Source of the DNA: Bacteroidota bacterium
GTDB lineage: Bacteria; Bacteroidota; Bacteroidia; Flavobacteriales; Flavobacteriaceae
DNA length: 64,000 bases
Direction of reading: 5' to 3'
Assembly: GCA_947466955.1 (NCBI GenBank)
Contig: CANIFM010000001.1
Coordinates: 1,314-65,313, forward strand
Made by a program: the position numbers and the translations under genes
Shown: positions 18,115-26,504 of the stretch, piece by piece
How positions within the stretch are numbered: the first letter of the stretch is position 1
Layout of the letters: every line of letters starts with the position of its first letter
Notes under the pieces: model-generated
Seen by the model: the letters and a program-made list of their open reading frames with translations, nothing else
Databases searched by the model: none
Told to the model about the DNA's origin: nothing

Positions 18115-19134
18115 ATGAATGATTCAAACATTCTTCCAAAAATTGATTTTAACTATTGGTATAATAAAAACTCAGAAGATTCAAATACTGAAAGAAGATT
18201 TGTTTCAATGATTACTAGGATTAACAATATATTTGAAAAGGATAATAATTTTAAACAAGCTTATTTTTGTGGTGACCATAATGAGACTTTTAGATTAAAA
18301 GAATTAAATTACAATCAATTAGAAAATGAAATAATAATACTCATAAGAAATAAAAAAAATGAAGCAGATTTTTCAAACATGGAAATTCTAAAAATATTTG
18401 ATTTAATTCAGATATGGGGTGGATTAACTGGTGGTTCTAATCCATATCAAATTAAGGATAATAATTCAGTAAGATTAAACTATAAAAATTGGATTGAAAA
18501 ATATAGAAAGTTAATTAATCTATCTATTAATCAAAACATTGAGGGTTATACATTTGTTATTGAAAAAAATATTCCATGTTTAAATATGTCATTTGGCTCA
18601 AAACACATTTCATTTTGGAGTAGAAAAGAAGAAGATGATAACTGTTTAGTAGTAATTGATAATAAAATTAGTGGTATTAGTGGTGTTAAAACAGCTTCAG
18701 AAGCCGATTATAAAGTAATAATTGAAAATGTGTATAAGATAGCTAATGAATTAAATTTAAAGCCCTATCAGATTGAAAAGGCATTATTTACTTTTCACAA
18801 ATTTTATTTTGATAATAATAATTCAAAATTTAATGATGTTGATGTCAATTCAATAGATTATGATATTGCCAATAATTTAAAAGAATTTTTAAATATCGGA
18901 ATGATAAATAACCCCAAAGATTCTAAAAAGGCTTTCAAATTTATACAAAAGACTATGTTTATTATTCCAAAGAGAGATTGTCTTAAAATTAATAATGAAG
19001 TTTATATTTCAATGGAATATGTTTCAAAAACAATAAAAATCAAAAGCTTGATTAATAAGTTATCTTCTATTACCAAAGAAAAAAGAATATTTTACAAATA
19101 TATTGGAGATAAAGAGAAATTAACAACTATATAG
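18115..19134 (+). CDS. HhH/OGG-fold DNA glycosylase-like protein 2
   Basis: IQIWGG...IPCLNMSFGSKHISFW...VVIDNKI...QIEKALF, same motif order as 12014. Confidence 0.6.
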   Translation: MNDSNILPKIDFNYWYNKNSEDSNTERRFVSMITRINNIFEKDNNFKQAYFCGDHNETFRLKELNYNQLENEIIILIRNKKNEADFSNMEILKIFDLIQIWGGLTGGSNPYQIKDNNSVRLNYKNWIEKYRKLINLSINQNIEGYTFVIEKNIPCLNMSFGSKHISFWSRKEEDDNCLVVIDNKISGISGVKTASEADYKVIIENVYKIANELNLKPYQIEKALFTFHKFYFDNNNSKFNDVDVNSIDYDIANNLKEFLNIGMINNPKDSKKAFKFIQKTMFIIPKRDCLKINNEVYISMEYVSKTIKIKSLINKLSSITKEKRIFYKYIGDKEKLTTI

Positions 19135-19166
19135 TCATAATTTGTCTATTTTAACATTTATATTTG
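19134..19166 (+). promoter_or_regulatory. Operator copy 9 plus -7 promoter element
   Basis: GTCA-TAATT-TGTC 19134-19146 (overlaps upstream stop codon), 12 nt, TATATTTG 19159-19166. Confidence 0.75.
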
Positions 19167-19250
19167 TTTTCTATAAATCAAAATTTACTAAATAACAAAT
19201 TAGATTTCGAATAAATTTTGAAATGGGTTTATTAATAAATAGTTTTAAAA

Positions 19251-19281
19251 GGAGGAATGCGAAAATCCATTTAAGAGTAGC
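19251..19281 (+). repeat. Dispersed 30-nt leader motif, copy 1
   Basis: GGAGGAATGCGAAAATCCATTTAAGAGTAGC, 22 nt before ATG 19304. Confidence 0.8.
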
Positions 19282-19303
19282 AAAAAAATATAAAAATTAA
19301 AAA

Positions 19304-19633
19304 ATGAAATTAAAATGCTTAAAATCAACTTGCAATGACTCTGATGCTAATGAAAGTATAACTTACGAAACGACTTTATCAGTTGATGGGATTGAATATC
19401 TTTATTATGACTATTCAGATAATTATTCTGGAGAAGTATATATAAAAAATTTAAATACTGGAGAAATTGATGGAGAAAATGAAATTTTTGATGCAATTAC
19501 TTTTTTAGCTCAAAATTATAATGCCCCTCTAAAAGATATTGAGGTTGGTGAAATTATTGATACCGCTTTATTTGACGTTGAGGACTTAGATTTGGATATC
19601 TGGCAGATAGAAGGAGCTGTAACGAGAGAATAA
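19304..19633 (+). CDS. Small acidic hypothetical protein
   Basis: 109-aa D/E-rich ORF with A-rich leader. Confidence 0.65.
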   Translation: MKLKCLKSTCNDSDANESITYETTLSVDGIEYLYYDYSDNYSGEVYIKNLNTGEIDGENEIFDAITFLAQNYNAPLKDIEVGEIIDTALFDVEDLDLDIWQIEGAVTRE

Positions 19634-19812
19634 TTATAGCCGATACAATTTGCCCACTAGTAATATCCACTTTACAAAAAAATGAGTAATTATAAAAATA
19701 TAGGGGTTTGACTTTAGTATTATGGATGTCTTTCTTTTTAAGCTAGTGAGAACTATTTAATCATTTTTTCCCAATTTTGAATTGGAAATATGAATTGTAA
19801 TTAAAATAATTT

Positions 19813-19842
19813 GGAGTTAGCGAAAATCCAATAAAGAGTAGC
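19813..19842 (+). repeat. Dispersed 30-nt leader motif, copy 2
   Basis: GGAGTTAGCGAAAATCCAATAAAGAGTAGC, 24 nt before ATG 19867. Confidence 0.8.
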
Positions 19843-19866
19843 ATTTAAGAAAATAGTTAAAGAATT

Positions 19867-20221
19867 ATGGAAACAATTAAAATTATTAAAGAACCTGTCG
19901 AAATTTATTATGATTCAAGGAGTGGTGATAAAGGAATGGAATCTATTATCTCTATAAATGGTTTAGAAATACTAATTTCAGCCGAGGAAACTGAAAACGA
20001 AGGTGTTGAATTTACTTTTTTTAGATAATTTAGAAAAAAAATATTTAAAAAATTCTAGTAGTGAAGGTTTTAGTATTTTTACTGACAAAGCTGCAGATGA
20101 AAAAATATTAGAAATATTAAATAAATTAGGTTATGCAACTTTAACTGGTGAACTTAATGAAGGAGATGAATTAAATTCTGATGAAGTTTTGGCCTGGGGA
20201 GATTTTGGTTATTATTTTTAA
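19867..20221 (+). pseudogene. Acidic hypothetical protein split by a frameshift in a T7 run
   Basis: ATG 19867 reads METIKIIKEPVEIYY...GVEFTFFR*; removing one T from 20016-20022 joins it to ...FLDNLEKKY...WGDFGYYF*. Confidence 0.6.
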
Positions 20222-20331
20222 TAAAGTAACAGGATTGTTACAAACTGAAACCAAAATAATGTTTGAGAATTAGCAATTTATTTATTAGTTATTAATTTTT
20301 ACGTTGAATAATAATAGCAAACAAATATTAA

Positions 20332-21207
20332 ATGGAAATTAATAAGAAAGTTTTTTTAGATGATAATAATGTCAAAGAATTTATAAAATTTATCGCTGCT
20401 AAGTGGGAAAATGGGCTTGATTTTGAAGTTGGCATAAAACATAGAGGAAAAAAAGCTGTTTATAAATATACTACGAATTTGAAAGAAGTTTTTGAAACTT
20501 ATTCTTGGCAATATTCAATTAAAACAGAATTAGAAATTCCTGATGAAATAGCAAAAGCTGGATTTTCATTATCTGAGAGCGAAAAAGTACTAAATTTTGC
20601 TAAAAGTAAATTACTAATTAACGGAGAAATTAATCCAAATCTTATTGACTTAAAAGATGCTACAGAAATAACTTTAAAATGGGGTGGAGTATTCACTAAG
20701 GGTAATAAGAATAAAGTAACAGACATTTCCTACGACTTAAAAAAGGATTATGATGAAGTATTAAAAAAATGGAAAGAGATTAATGAATATAATACTGGTT
20801 TTAGCCCAAAAGATAATTTTGAATTTACATCAAACGCAGGTTTTACAAAGATATATTCACTTTTATTGTCAGACTTTGTTATTTATGATAGTAGGGTATC
20901 TGTTGCTTTAGCATATTTGGCAGAAAAATGTTTTGGCGAGAAAATTCCTGAAACTTTAAGGATTTATATCCCTGCATCCAGAGTTGCTGATTTAACAATG
21001 CGAAAGGTAAATGATTTTTTCACATCTACATATCAAAATGATTCAAAGCATTTTTATTCTAATGTTATTTCCTCAATACTACTAAAGCAAACATTGAAAT
21101 TGATTAATGAAATTTACCCTTCTGTAAAATTGAGAGATTTAGAAGCAGCTTTATTTATGATTGGTTATGATATTAGAGCGAATGAATTGAAGAGAAATAA
21201 CTTATAA
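20332..21207 (+). CDS. HhH/OGG-fold DNA glycosylase-like protein 3
   Basis: TLKWGGV...NAGFTKIYSLL...VIYDSRV...LRDLEAALFMIGY. Confidence 0.6.
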   Translation: MEINKKVFLDDNNVKEFIKFIAAKWENGLDFEVGIKHRGKKAVYKYTTNLKEVFETYSWQYSIKTELEIPDEIAKAGFSLSESEKVLNFAKSKLLINGEINPNLIDLKDATEITLKWGGVFTKGNKNKVTDISYDLKKDYDEVLKKWKEINEYNTGFSPKDNFEFTSNAGFTKIYSLLLSDFVIYDSRVSVALAYLAEKCFGEKIPETLRIYIPASRVADLTMRKVNDFFTSTYQNDSKHFYSNVISSILLKQTLKLINEIYPSVKLRDLEAALFMIGYDIRANELKRNNL

Positions 21208-21272
21208 AAAAGTGAATTTCTCTTACTTCTGTTAACATTGGGAATTTATAACAGATAATTAATTAAAAATTT

Positions 21273-21302
21273 GGAGTAAGCGAAAATCCATTAAAGAGTA
21301 GC
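21273..21302 (+). repeat. Dispersed 30-nt leader motif, copy 3
   Basis: GGAGTAAGCGAAAATCCATTAAAGAGTAGC, 30 nt before ATG 21333. Confidence 0.8.
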
Positions 21303-21332
21303 TATTTTTAACTATACTAAAACAAAAGCATT

Positions 21333-22409
21333 ATGAAAAAATTATTTACTGTTACATTTACCGAACAAGATAATTGGCATGAACCAACGATAATTGTTGT
21401 TAATACTTCCACCAAAGAAAAAGCATATGAAATAGGTTTAGAACAAATCGGAAGAACCAAAGAAGAAATGGAGAAACTCTATAACCAAGAACCTTCAGAT
21501 TCTGAAAGTGAATATAGCCATATAGAACAAGAGGTAGAAGTAATAGAGGAAGAATACTCAGGTGATAAAGATTTAAATAATCTTTTTATAATTTCCATAA
21601 AACATTCAATAACTAAGTATTTTGATGTTTGTTTAAATGAACCTATAAATTTAATTTCACATTATATTAGAAATATATTTGACAATAATGAAATATTACT
21701 TTCAGACATTAAAAATAATGAATTAGGTTCATACGATAAATATTATTCGGATGATAGGCTTAAAGATGAATTTAATAAATTCAAAAATGCTTTTGAATAT
21801 TCTTATTACTTCGAAAATGATGATACTGAAGAAATAAAAACAATATATCCAGATGAAGATGAAGATTTTTTTGAAGTAGAGAATACAGAAAATTATTATT
21901 TTAAAGTTTTTAATAAAAAAACCAATACTTATTTGGCAGATAGTTATGATACTGAAAGTTATAAAAATCTGATTTTTTCAATTTTATCTGATTTTATCTA
22001 TATAAATTACTTTGGAATTTTCAGAATAAATATTTCTAGATTTAGTGGTATTTCTCTTCAATTTATAGAAGATTGTGAAAACATATATTTTGAAAATTAT
22101 AATAACGAATATGATTATGTGCCTGAAGATAAGTTGATTGAAGAAATATTAGAATCTAATTTTTCAAAATATCCTGAAATTTCAAGGTGTAAAAATGAAC
22201 TTACGGATATTTATTCATTTTATAAATCATTATTGTGTGATATTAAATATGAAAACATTAAAGATTGTTTTAATTCTAATGTAATTTTATCTTTTAAGAA
22301 TTATGATATATATATATCTAAATCAGAATTTAACAATATTAGAAAAGATTTTGAGGGAAATGAAAATTCAATTAAATTTATTGGTAAAAATATTTGGACA
22401 CTATTTTAA
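21333..22409 (+). CDS. Acidic hypothetical protein
   Basis: 358-aa D/E/Y-rich ORF, no recognised motif. Confidence 0.6.
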   Translation: MKKLFTVTFTEQDNWHEPTIIVVNTSTKEKAYEIGLEQIGRTKEEMEKLYNQEPSDSESEYSHIEQEVEVIEEEYSGDKDLNNLFIISIKHSITKYFDVCLNEPINLISHYIRNIFDNNEILLSDIKNNELGSYDKYYSDDRLKDEFNKFKNAFEYSYYFENDDTEEIKTIYPDEDEDFFEVENTENYYFKVFNKKTNTYLADSYDTESYKNLIFSILSDFIYINYFGIFRINISRFSGISLQFIEDCENIYFENYNNEYDYVPEDKLIEEILESNFSKYPEISRCKNELTDIYSFYKSLLCDIKYENIKDCFNSNVILSFKNYDIYISKSEFNNIRKDFEGNENSIKFIGKNIWTLF

Positions 22410-22448
22410 TTGTGGCACCATCCCAAAAAATGTGTAAGTGAAAAATAG

Positions 22449-22484
22449 AGGGGTTTAACTTTTTAATTGAAGTCAAACCCTTTT
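22449..22484. terminator. Hairpin between convergent genes
   Basis: GGGGTTTAACTT...AAGTCAAACCCT with A/T flanks. Confidence 0.5.
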
Positions 22485-22861
22485 CATTTCCCCAGCAATA
22501 AAAACACTTTTTTGCTTTTTTTATCCCAGCAATTACAATACGTTTTTCCATTAAATTCAAATAGATTGATAATTTTATAAAGCTCGTTTTCAAAGCCAAC
22601 TTTATAATCTTTAATTTCAATGTTAAAGATAATGGCTTCAACTATACTTTCATTTTCACATTTATACCCCAAATTTCTCTTGTACTCCAATTCAAACCCT
22701 AATTCTTCTTTTATTTGTTTTAAATCCCGTTCTAGCGTTTTGTAAGAGTTGATAATATTATAGTTTCTTAAAAAAGCCATTATCTCTTTTTTAGTTCTAT
22801 AATCAACACTAATAAAACTGATTATTCTTTGTAATCTTGAAATACCTTCTGAAAATGCCAT
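22484..22861 (-). CDS. Mini WYL-like regulator (wHTH plus compact WYL-like domain)
   Basis: Likely start ATG 22861 (MAFSEGISRLQRII), since the longer ORF start would span the promoter; KTLERDLKQIKEELG..Y.R..GY wHTH; LFEFNGKTYCNCWD resembles WYL core. Confidence 0.6.
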   Translation of the reverse strand: MAFSEGISRLQRIISFISVDYRTKKEIMAFLRNYNIINSYKTLERDLKQIKEELGFELEYKRNLGYKCENESIVEAIIFNIEIKDYKVGFENELYKIINLFEFNGKTYCNCWDKKSKKVFLLLGK

Positions 22862-22873
22862 CTGTTTTTTTAT

Positions 22874-22906
22874 CAAAAATAATAAATAGTATAGACATAA
22901 TTTGTC
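22874..22906 (-). promoter_or_regulatory. Operator copy 10 plus -7 element for mini-WYL gene
   Basis: GACA-TAATT-TGTC 22894-22906; CAAAAATA 22874-22881 (TATTTTTG on -), 12 nt away. Confidence 0.75.
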
Positions 22907-22952
22907 TGTTTGGTAAATAATTTTGCTTAAATAATATAATGTATTATACTTT

Positions 22953-22985
22953 GTCATTTATTGACTATTCTCTATTGTACTTTTG
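22953..22985 (+). promoter_or_regulatory. Operator copy 11 plus -7 promoter element
   Basis: GTCA-TTTAT-TGAC 22953-22965, 12 nt, TACTTTTG 22978-22985. Confidence 0.8.
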
Positions 22986-23008
22986 TCTAAATCTTAAATA
23001 AATTAACT

Positions 23009-23806
23009 ATGGTTTTAAACTATTCCAACTCTGTTTCTAAAATTGTTTGTTTAGATTTATTAAATTCTTCTTGGGAGGATATTCACAACTTTTGTTTGAT
23101 TTCCAATTCTGCAAATGGATTAAAAATGTATTTGAAGCATTTATTCAACACACTTCATAATGATTTATTTGACGAATCTAATCCTCATTTAATTTATATT
23201 GAGAATAATTATGTCATAGGAACCAAACGTTATCAAACTGACGAGAACCAACTTATGTTAGGCGGGGTTGAGATATTACCAGATACTAATATTGACAAAC
23301 TTGAAAAATCAATCTTTCCAACTATTGAAAATGAGCTAGTATCATCTAATAATTTAATGTTTACAAACAAGACATATAATTTATTTAATAATCACTTTTC
23401 AAGTTTATTAAAAAACAAAAAATATGATACAATCTTTTTGGATGCTCATATTGAGGTATCAAATAAATTAGAAATAAGTTATGATGAACTTTGTTTAAAG
23501 TTTAATTTATCTATTGCCTTTTTGAATTGTAAAAACCAACCGAAAACTTCCGAATTTGTTTTACATAAAATGTATTTTAAAAACCATTTACCAATTGTTT
23601 TTGTTTTCAAAAATCCTGACGGGCTTAAATTTATGGGTTGGAACAATCATTTCTTGCTTAAATTACAAGAAATCATTCCTGTTGATTTAAGTTTTATAGA
23701 CAAGAAGGGTACTCTAAATGTTATATTAGAAAAAATACATTTTAGTGGTCTTTTAAGTTTAAATAATGACGAAATTTCCTTTTTAGAAGCCTATTCAAAA
23801 TCTTAA
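23009..23806 (+). CDS. Unknown 264-aa family, paralog C
   Basis: Same motifs as 11132 and 14143; tail ILEKIHFSGLLSLNNDEISFL. Confidence 0.75.
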   Translation: MVLNYSNSVSKIVCLDLLNSSWEDIHNFCLISNSANGLKMYLKHLFNTLHNDLFDESNPHLIYIENNYVIGTKRYQTDENQLMLGGVEILPDTNIDKLEKSIFPTIENELVSSNNLMFTNKTYNLFNNHFSSLLKNKKYDTIFLDAHIEVSNKLEISYDELCLKFNLSIAFLNCKNQPKTSEFVLHKMYFKNHLPIVFVFKNPDGLKFMGWNNHFLLKLQEIIPVDLSFIDKKGTLNVILEKIHFSGLLSLNNDEISFLEAYSKS

Positions 23807-23810
23807 ATCT

Positions 23811-24269
23811 ATGAAGCAACTTATTATTTTAGACCTTGACCATACTTTGATATATGGTTCCTATGCCGAAACCGAAACTGCAGAATTGTTATTTCAATAT
23901 CATAAGTATTTAACGGTTTATGAAAGACAACTAGCAAGGGATTTGATACGTTTGTGTAAAAGTAAAGCGGATATCATTGTATATACGACTGCTTTAAGAC
24001 GTTATGCTAAAAGTATTTGTTTGGCTTTGAATCTCGAGTATGTTGAGTTGTTGAGTCGCAAGAATTGTATAGCTGTCGAAGGAAAACTAAAGAAGCAAAT
24101 TAAAGAGGAATGGCTGGAAAACTATGAAAAAATCATTATTATAGATGATAGTCCCAATGTTTGGATTGCAGATGATTTAAAAATTAACTTTTTAGTTCCT
24201 GATGAATTTAGGGGACAGATAAATGATTTCGGATTAGAAAAAATAATAACTGAATTAAAAAATTTATGA
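23811..24269 (+). CDS. NIF/FCP1-like HAD phosphatase
   Basis: ILDLDHTL (DxDxT), VYTTA...YA, IIIDDSP. Confidence 0.85.
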   Translation: MKQLIILDLDHTLIYGSYAETETAELLFQYHKYLTVYERQLARDLIRLCKSKADIIVYTTALRRYAKSICLALNLEYVELLSRKNCIAVEGKLKKQIKEEWLENYEKIIIIDDSPNVWIADDLKINFLVPDEFRGQINDFGLEKIITELKNL

Positions 24270-24472
24270 AAAAAATAATAATTGAAATTTCAGATAGTCA
24301 ACATGAAGAAATGAAATTCTATTTAGAAAATTGTTTTTCAAGTTCTGTTCAAGAAGAGTGTTGTTTTGCAGATTATACAATAAAACTTAATGTTTCGTTA
24401 CTAGGCAACGAACTTTCAGTTGAGATGTATGGAGTGAAAGAATTAGGGGATGTTAATTGGAAAGTAGAATAA
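24266..24472 (+). CDS. Small hypothetical protein
   Basis: ATGA overlap with upstream phosphatase. Confidence 0.6.
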   Translation: MKKIIIEISDSQHEEMKFYLENCFSSSVQEECCFADYTIKLNVSLLGNELSVEMYGVKELGDVNWKVE

Positions 24473-24497
24473 ATTAATTTTAATGAAATCTTATTAT

Positions 24498-26504
24498 ATG
24501 AAAGTACTATCAAAATCTCGTTTCAAGTTAGGTTTAGAATGTCCAAATAAGTTGTTTTTTACGAGTGATAAAAACTATGCTAATCAAAAAAGTGAAAATC
24601 CTTTTATGAAAGCACTTGCTTCAGGAGGTTTTCAAGTGGAAGAGTTGGCTCGTTTGCATTACCCTGAAGGTATCTTGATAAAAGACAACAAAGAACACGA
24701 TAAATATGATTATGTTGATTTATCAAACCAAACTAAAAAATTATTAAAAAATGAAAATGTGGTTCTTTTTGAAGCGGCATTTTTAGTTGATAATTTATTT
24801 GTTAGAACCGATATCTTAGTTAAAAAAGGAAATTATATCAAACTCATTGAAGTTAAAGCTAAATCTATAGATTCAAAAGAAACCGATTTATTCTTAAATA
24901 AAAGTGGAAAAATTGAGTCAGATTGGAAACCTTATTTATTTGATGTGGCTTTTCAAAAATACGTTATCGAAAAGTCCTTTCCTGAATTTAAGGTTACTCC
25001 ATATTTAATGCTCGCAGACAAATCTAAATCAACTTCAATTGATGGATTAAATCAATTATTTAGGGTTGTAAAAAAAGCAGATGATAGGACTGGAATCTTT
25101 AAAAAAATAGAGCAATTAGATAATATAGAAACAGATTCGGTACTTACGGAAATTAAAGTAGCGCATGAAATCAGTTTAATTGAAGACGATAAAGAAAGAA
25201 TATTAAAGGAATATTCGTTCTATGAATCTATATCGGAATTATCGAAAAATTATATTAACGGTGAATATTTTAATTATCCTTTGCCCTATAATGCCTGCAA
25301 AAAATGTGAGTTCAAGAAAAATATAGAAAATAAAGAAGACGCAAATAAAAAATCAGGATTTGAACATTGTTGGAGTAAACAAATGAATTGGACAAAAAAA
25401 GAATTTGATGCTCCTAATGCATTTGAAATATGGAATTTACACCATACTAAATACAGTAATTTTCAAGAACAAGGGAAAATTCTCTTAAAGGATATAAAAG
25501 ATGAAGAATTTGAATCCAAAAATCCTTCCAAAAAAAATTATGCAGGAATGACTCCTCTTGAACGACAACTTATTCAAAAGCAAAAATCATTATCTGATAA
25601 CAAAGAAATAGAATATTTGAAGAAAGAACTCAAAGAGGAACTAGATTCGTGGGAATTTCCTTTAAACTTCATTGATTTTGAAACTTCAATGGTTGCACTG
25701 CCTTATTACAAAGGTCAAAAACCTTACGAGCAAGTTGCATTTCAGTTTTCGCATCATATTTATCACCAAGACGGAACAATTGAACATGCCAATGAATATA
25801 TCAATTTGAGACCAGGAGAATTTCCTAATTTTGATTTTGTTTTACAACTCAAAACTGCATTAGAAAAAAATAATGGAAGTATTTTTATGTTTTCTAACCA
25901 CGAAAATACAGTATTGAACCAAATTCACTCACAATTAAGTTATTCTAATTATGAATCAAATAAATACGATAAAGCGGAATTAATGAAGTTTATTGAGCAC
26001 ATTACAGTACTTCGAGATAAAGATAAAATTATTCGTAAAGGCGATAGAGTAATGATTGATATGTGCCAAACTATTAAAGATTTTTATTATAACCCATACA
26101 CTAAAGGTTCCAATTCTATTAAAGCTGTTTTACCCGCTATTTTTAGGTCAAGCGAATTTGTTATTAATAAATATAGCAAACCTAATGTTCAAATTAATAT
26201 GACCTCAAAGCATTTCAAAGAAGATAAAGTATGGATTGCATTAGACGAAAACAAAAAAGTCATAGACCCCTATAAATCATTACCAAAACCTCATGCAGAC
26301 CATAATGACAGTTTTGAATTAATTGGAGAAATAGATGAAATTAATAATGGAGGTGCTGCTTTAACAGCATACGGTAGAACACAATATACGGATATGAATG
26401 AACAGGAAAGAAACGACATTAGAGAAGCTTTATTAAAATACTGTGAGTTAGATACTTTAGCAATGGTAATGATCTATGAGCATTTTAGAGAAATTTGTCA
26501 ATGA
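24498..26504 (+). CDS. DUF2779-domain protein (PD-(D/E)xK-like N-terminus, RNase H-like C-terminus)
   Basis: LSKSRF..G.ECP, FEAAF...RTDIL...LIEVKAK; NFIDFET...PYEQVAFQFSHH; SIKAVLP; YCELDTLAM. Confidence 0.85.
   Translation: MKVLSKSRFKLGLECPNKLFFTSDKNYANQKSENPFMKALASGGFQVEELARLHYPEGILIKDNKEHDKYDYVDLSNQTKKLLKNENVVLFEAAFLVDNLFVRTDILVKKGNYIKLIEVKAKSIDSKETDLFLNKSGKIESDWKPYLFDVAFQKYVIEKSFPEFKVTPYLMLADKSKSTSIDGLNQLFRVVKKADDRTGIFKKIEQLDNIETDSVLTEIKVAHEISLIEDDKERILKEYSFYESISELSKNYINGEYFNYPLPYNACKKCEFKKNIENKEDANKKSGFEHCWSKQMNWTKKEFDAPNAFEIWNLHHTKYSNFQEQGKILLKDIKDEEFESKNPSKKNYAGMTPLERQLIQKQKSLSDNKEIEYLKKELKEELDSWEFPLNFIDFETSMVALPYYKGQKPYEQVAFQFSHHIYHQDGTIEHANEYINLRPGEFPNFDFVLQLKTALEKNNGSIFMFSNHENTVLNQIHSQLSYSNYESNKYDKAELMKFIEHITVLRDKDKIIRKGDRVMIDMCQTIKDFYYNPYTKGSNSIKAVLPAIFRSSEFVINKYSKPNVQINMTSKHFKEDKVWIALDENKKVIDPYKSLPKPHADHNDSFELIGEIDEINNGGAALTAYGRTQYTDMNEQERNDIREALLKYCELDTLAMVMIYEHFREICQ

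Noticed and set aside
20003-20221. Independent 72-aa gene
   Set aside because: Non-ATG start with no leader; better explained as the 3' half of the frameshifted gene starting at 19867.
19251-21302. 30-nt motif as type III antitoxin repeats or CRISPR array
   Set aside because: Copies are 0.5-1.5 kb apart, not tandem, and no ToxN-like or cas gene is recognisable.
22862-22957. N-terminal 32 aa of the ORF-track protein 22484..22957
   Set aside because: This stretch holds the promoter and operators; ATG 22861 is the plausible start.
2340-22965. 13-bp palindromes as integron attC or CRISPR repeats
   Set aside because: No RYYYAAC/GTTRRRY ends, no long hairpin, no integron integrase or cas genes seen, and irregular kb-scale spacing; fixed distance to the -7 element fits an operator better.
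2340-22965. Palindrome as merely the Bacteroidetes -33 TTTG element
   Set aside because: The right-half TG ends 14 nt before TAnnTTTG, shorter than the usual ~19-21 nt, two copies lack TTTG there, and dyad symmetry would be unexplained.
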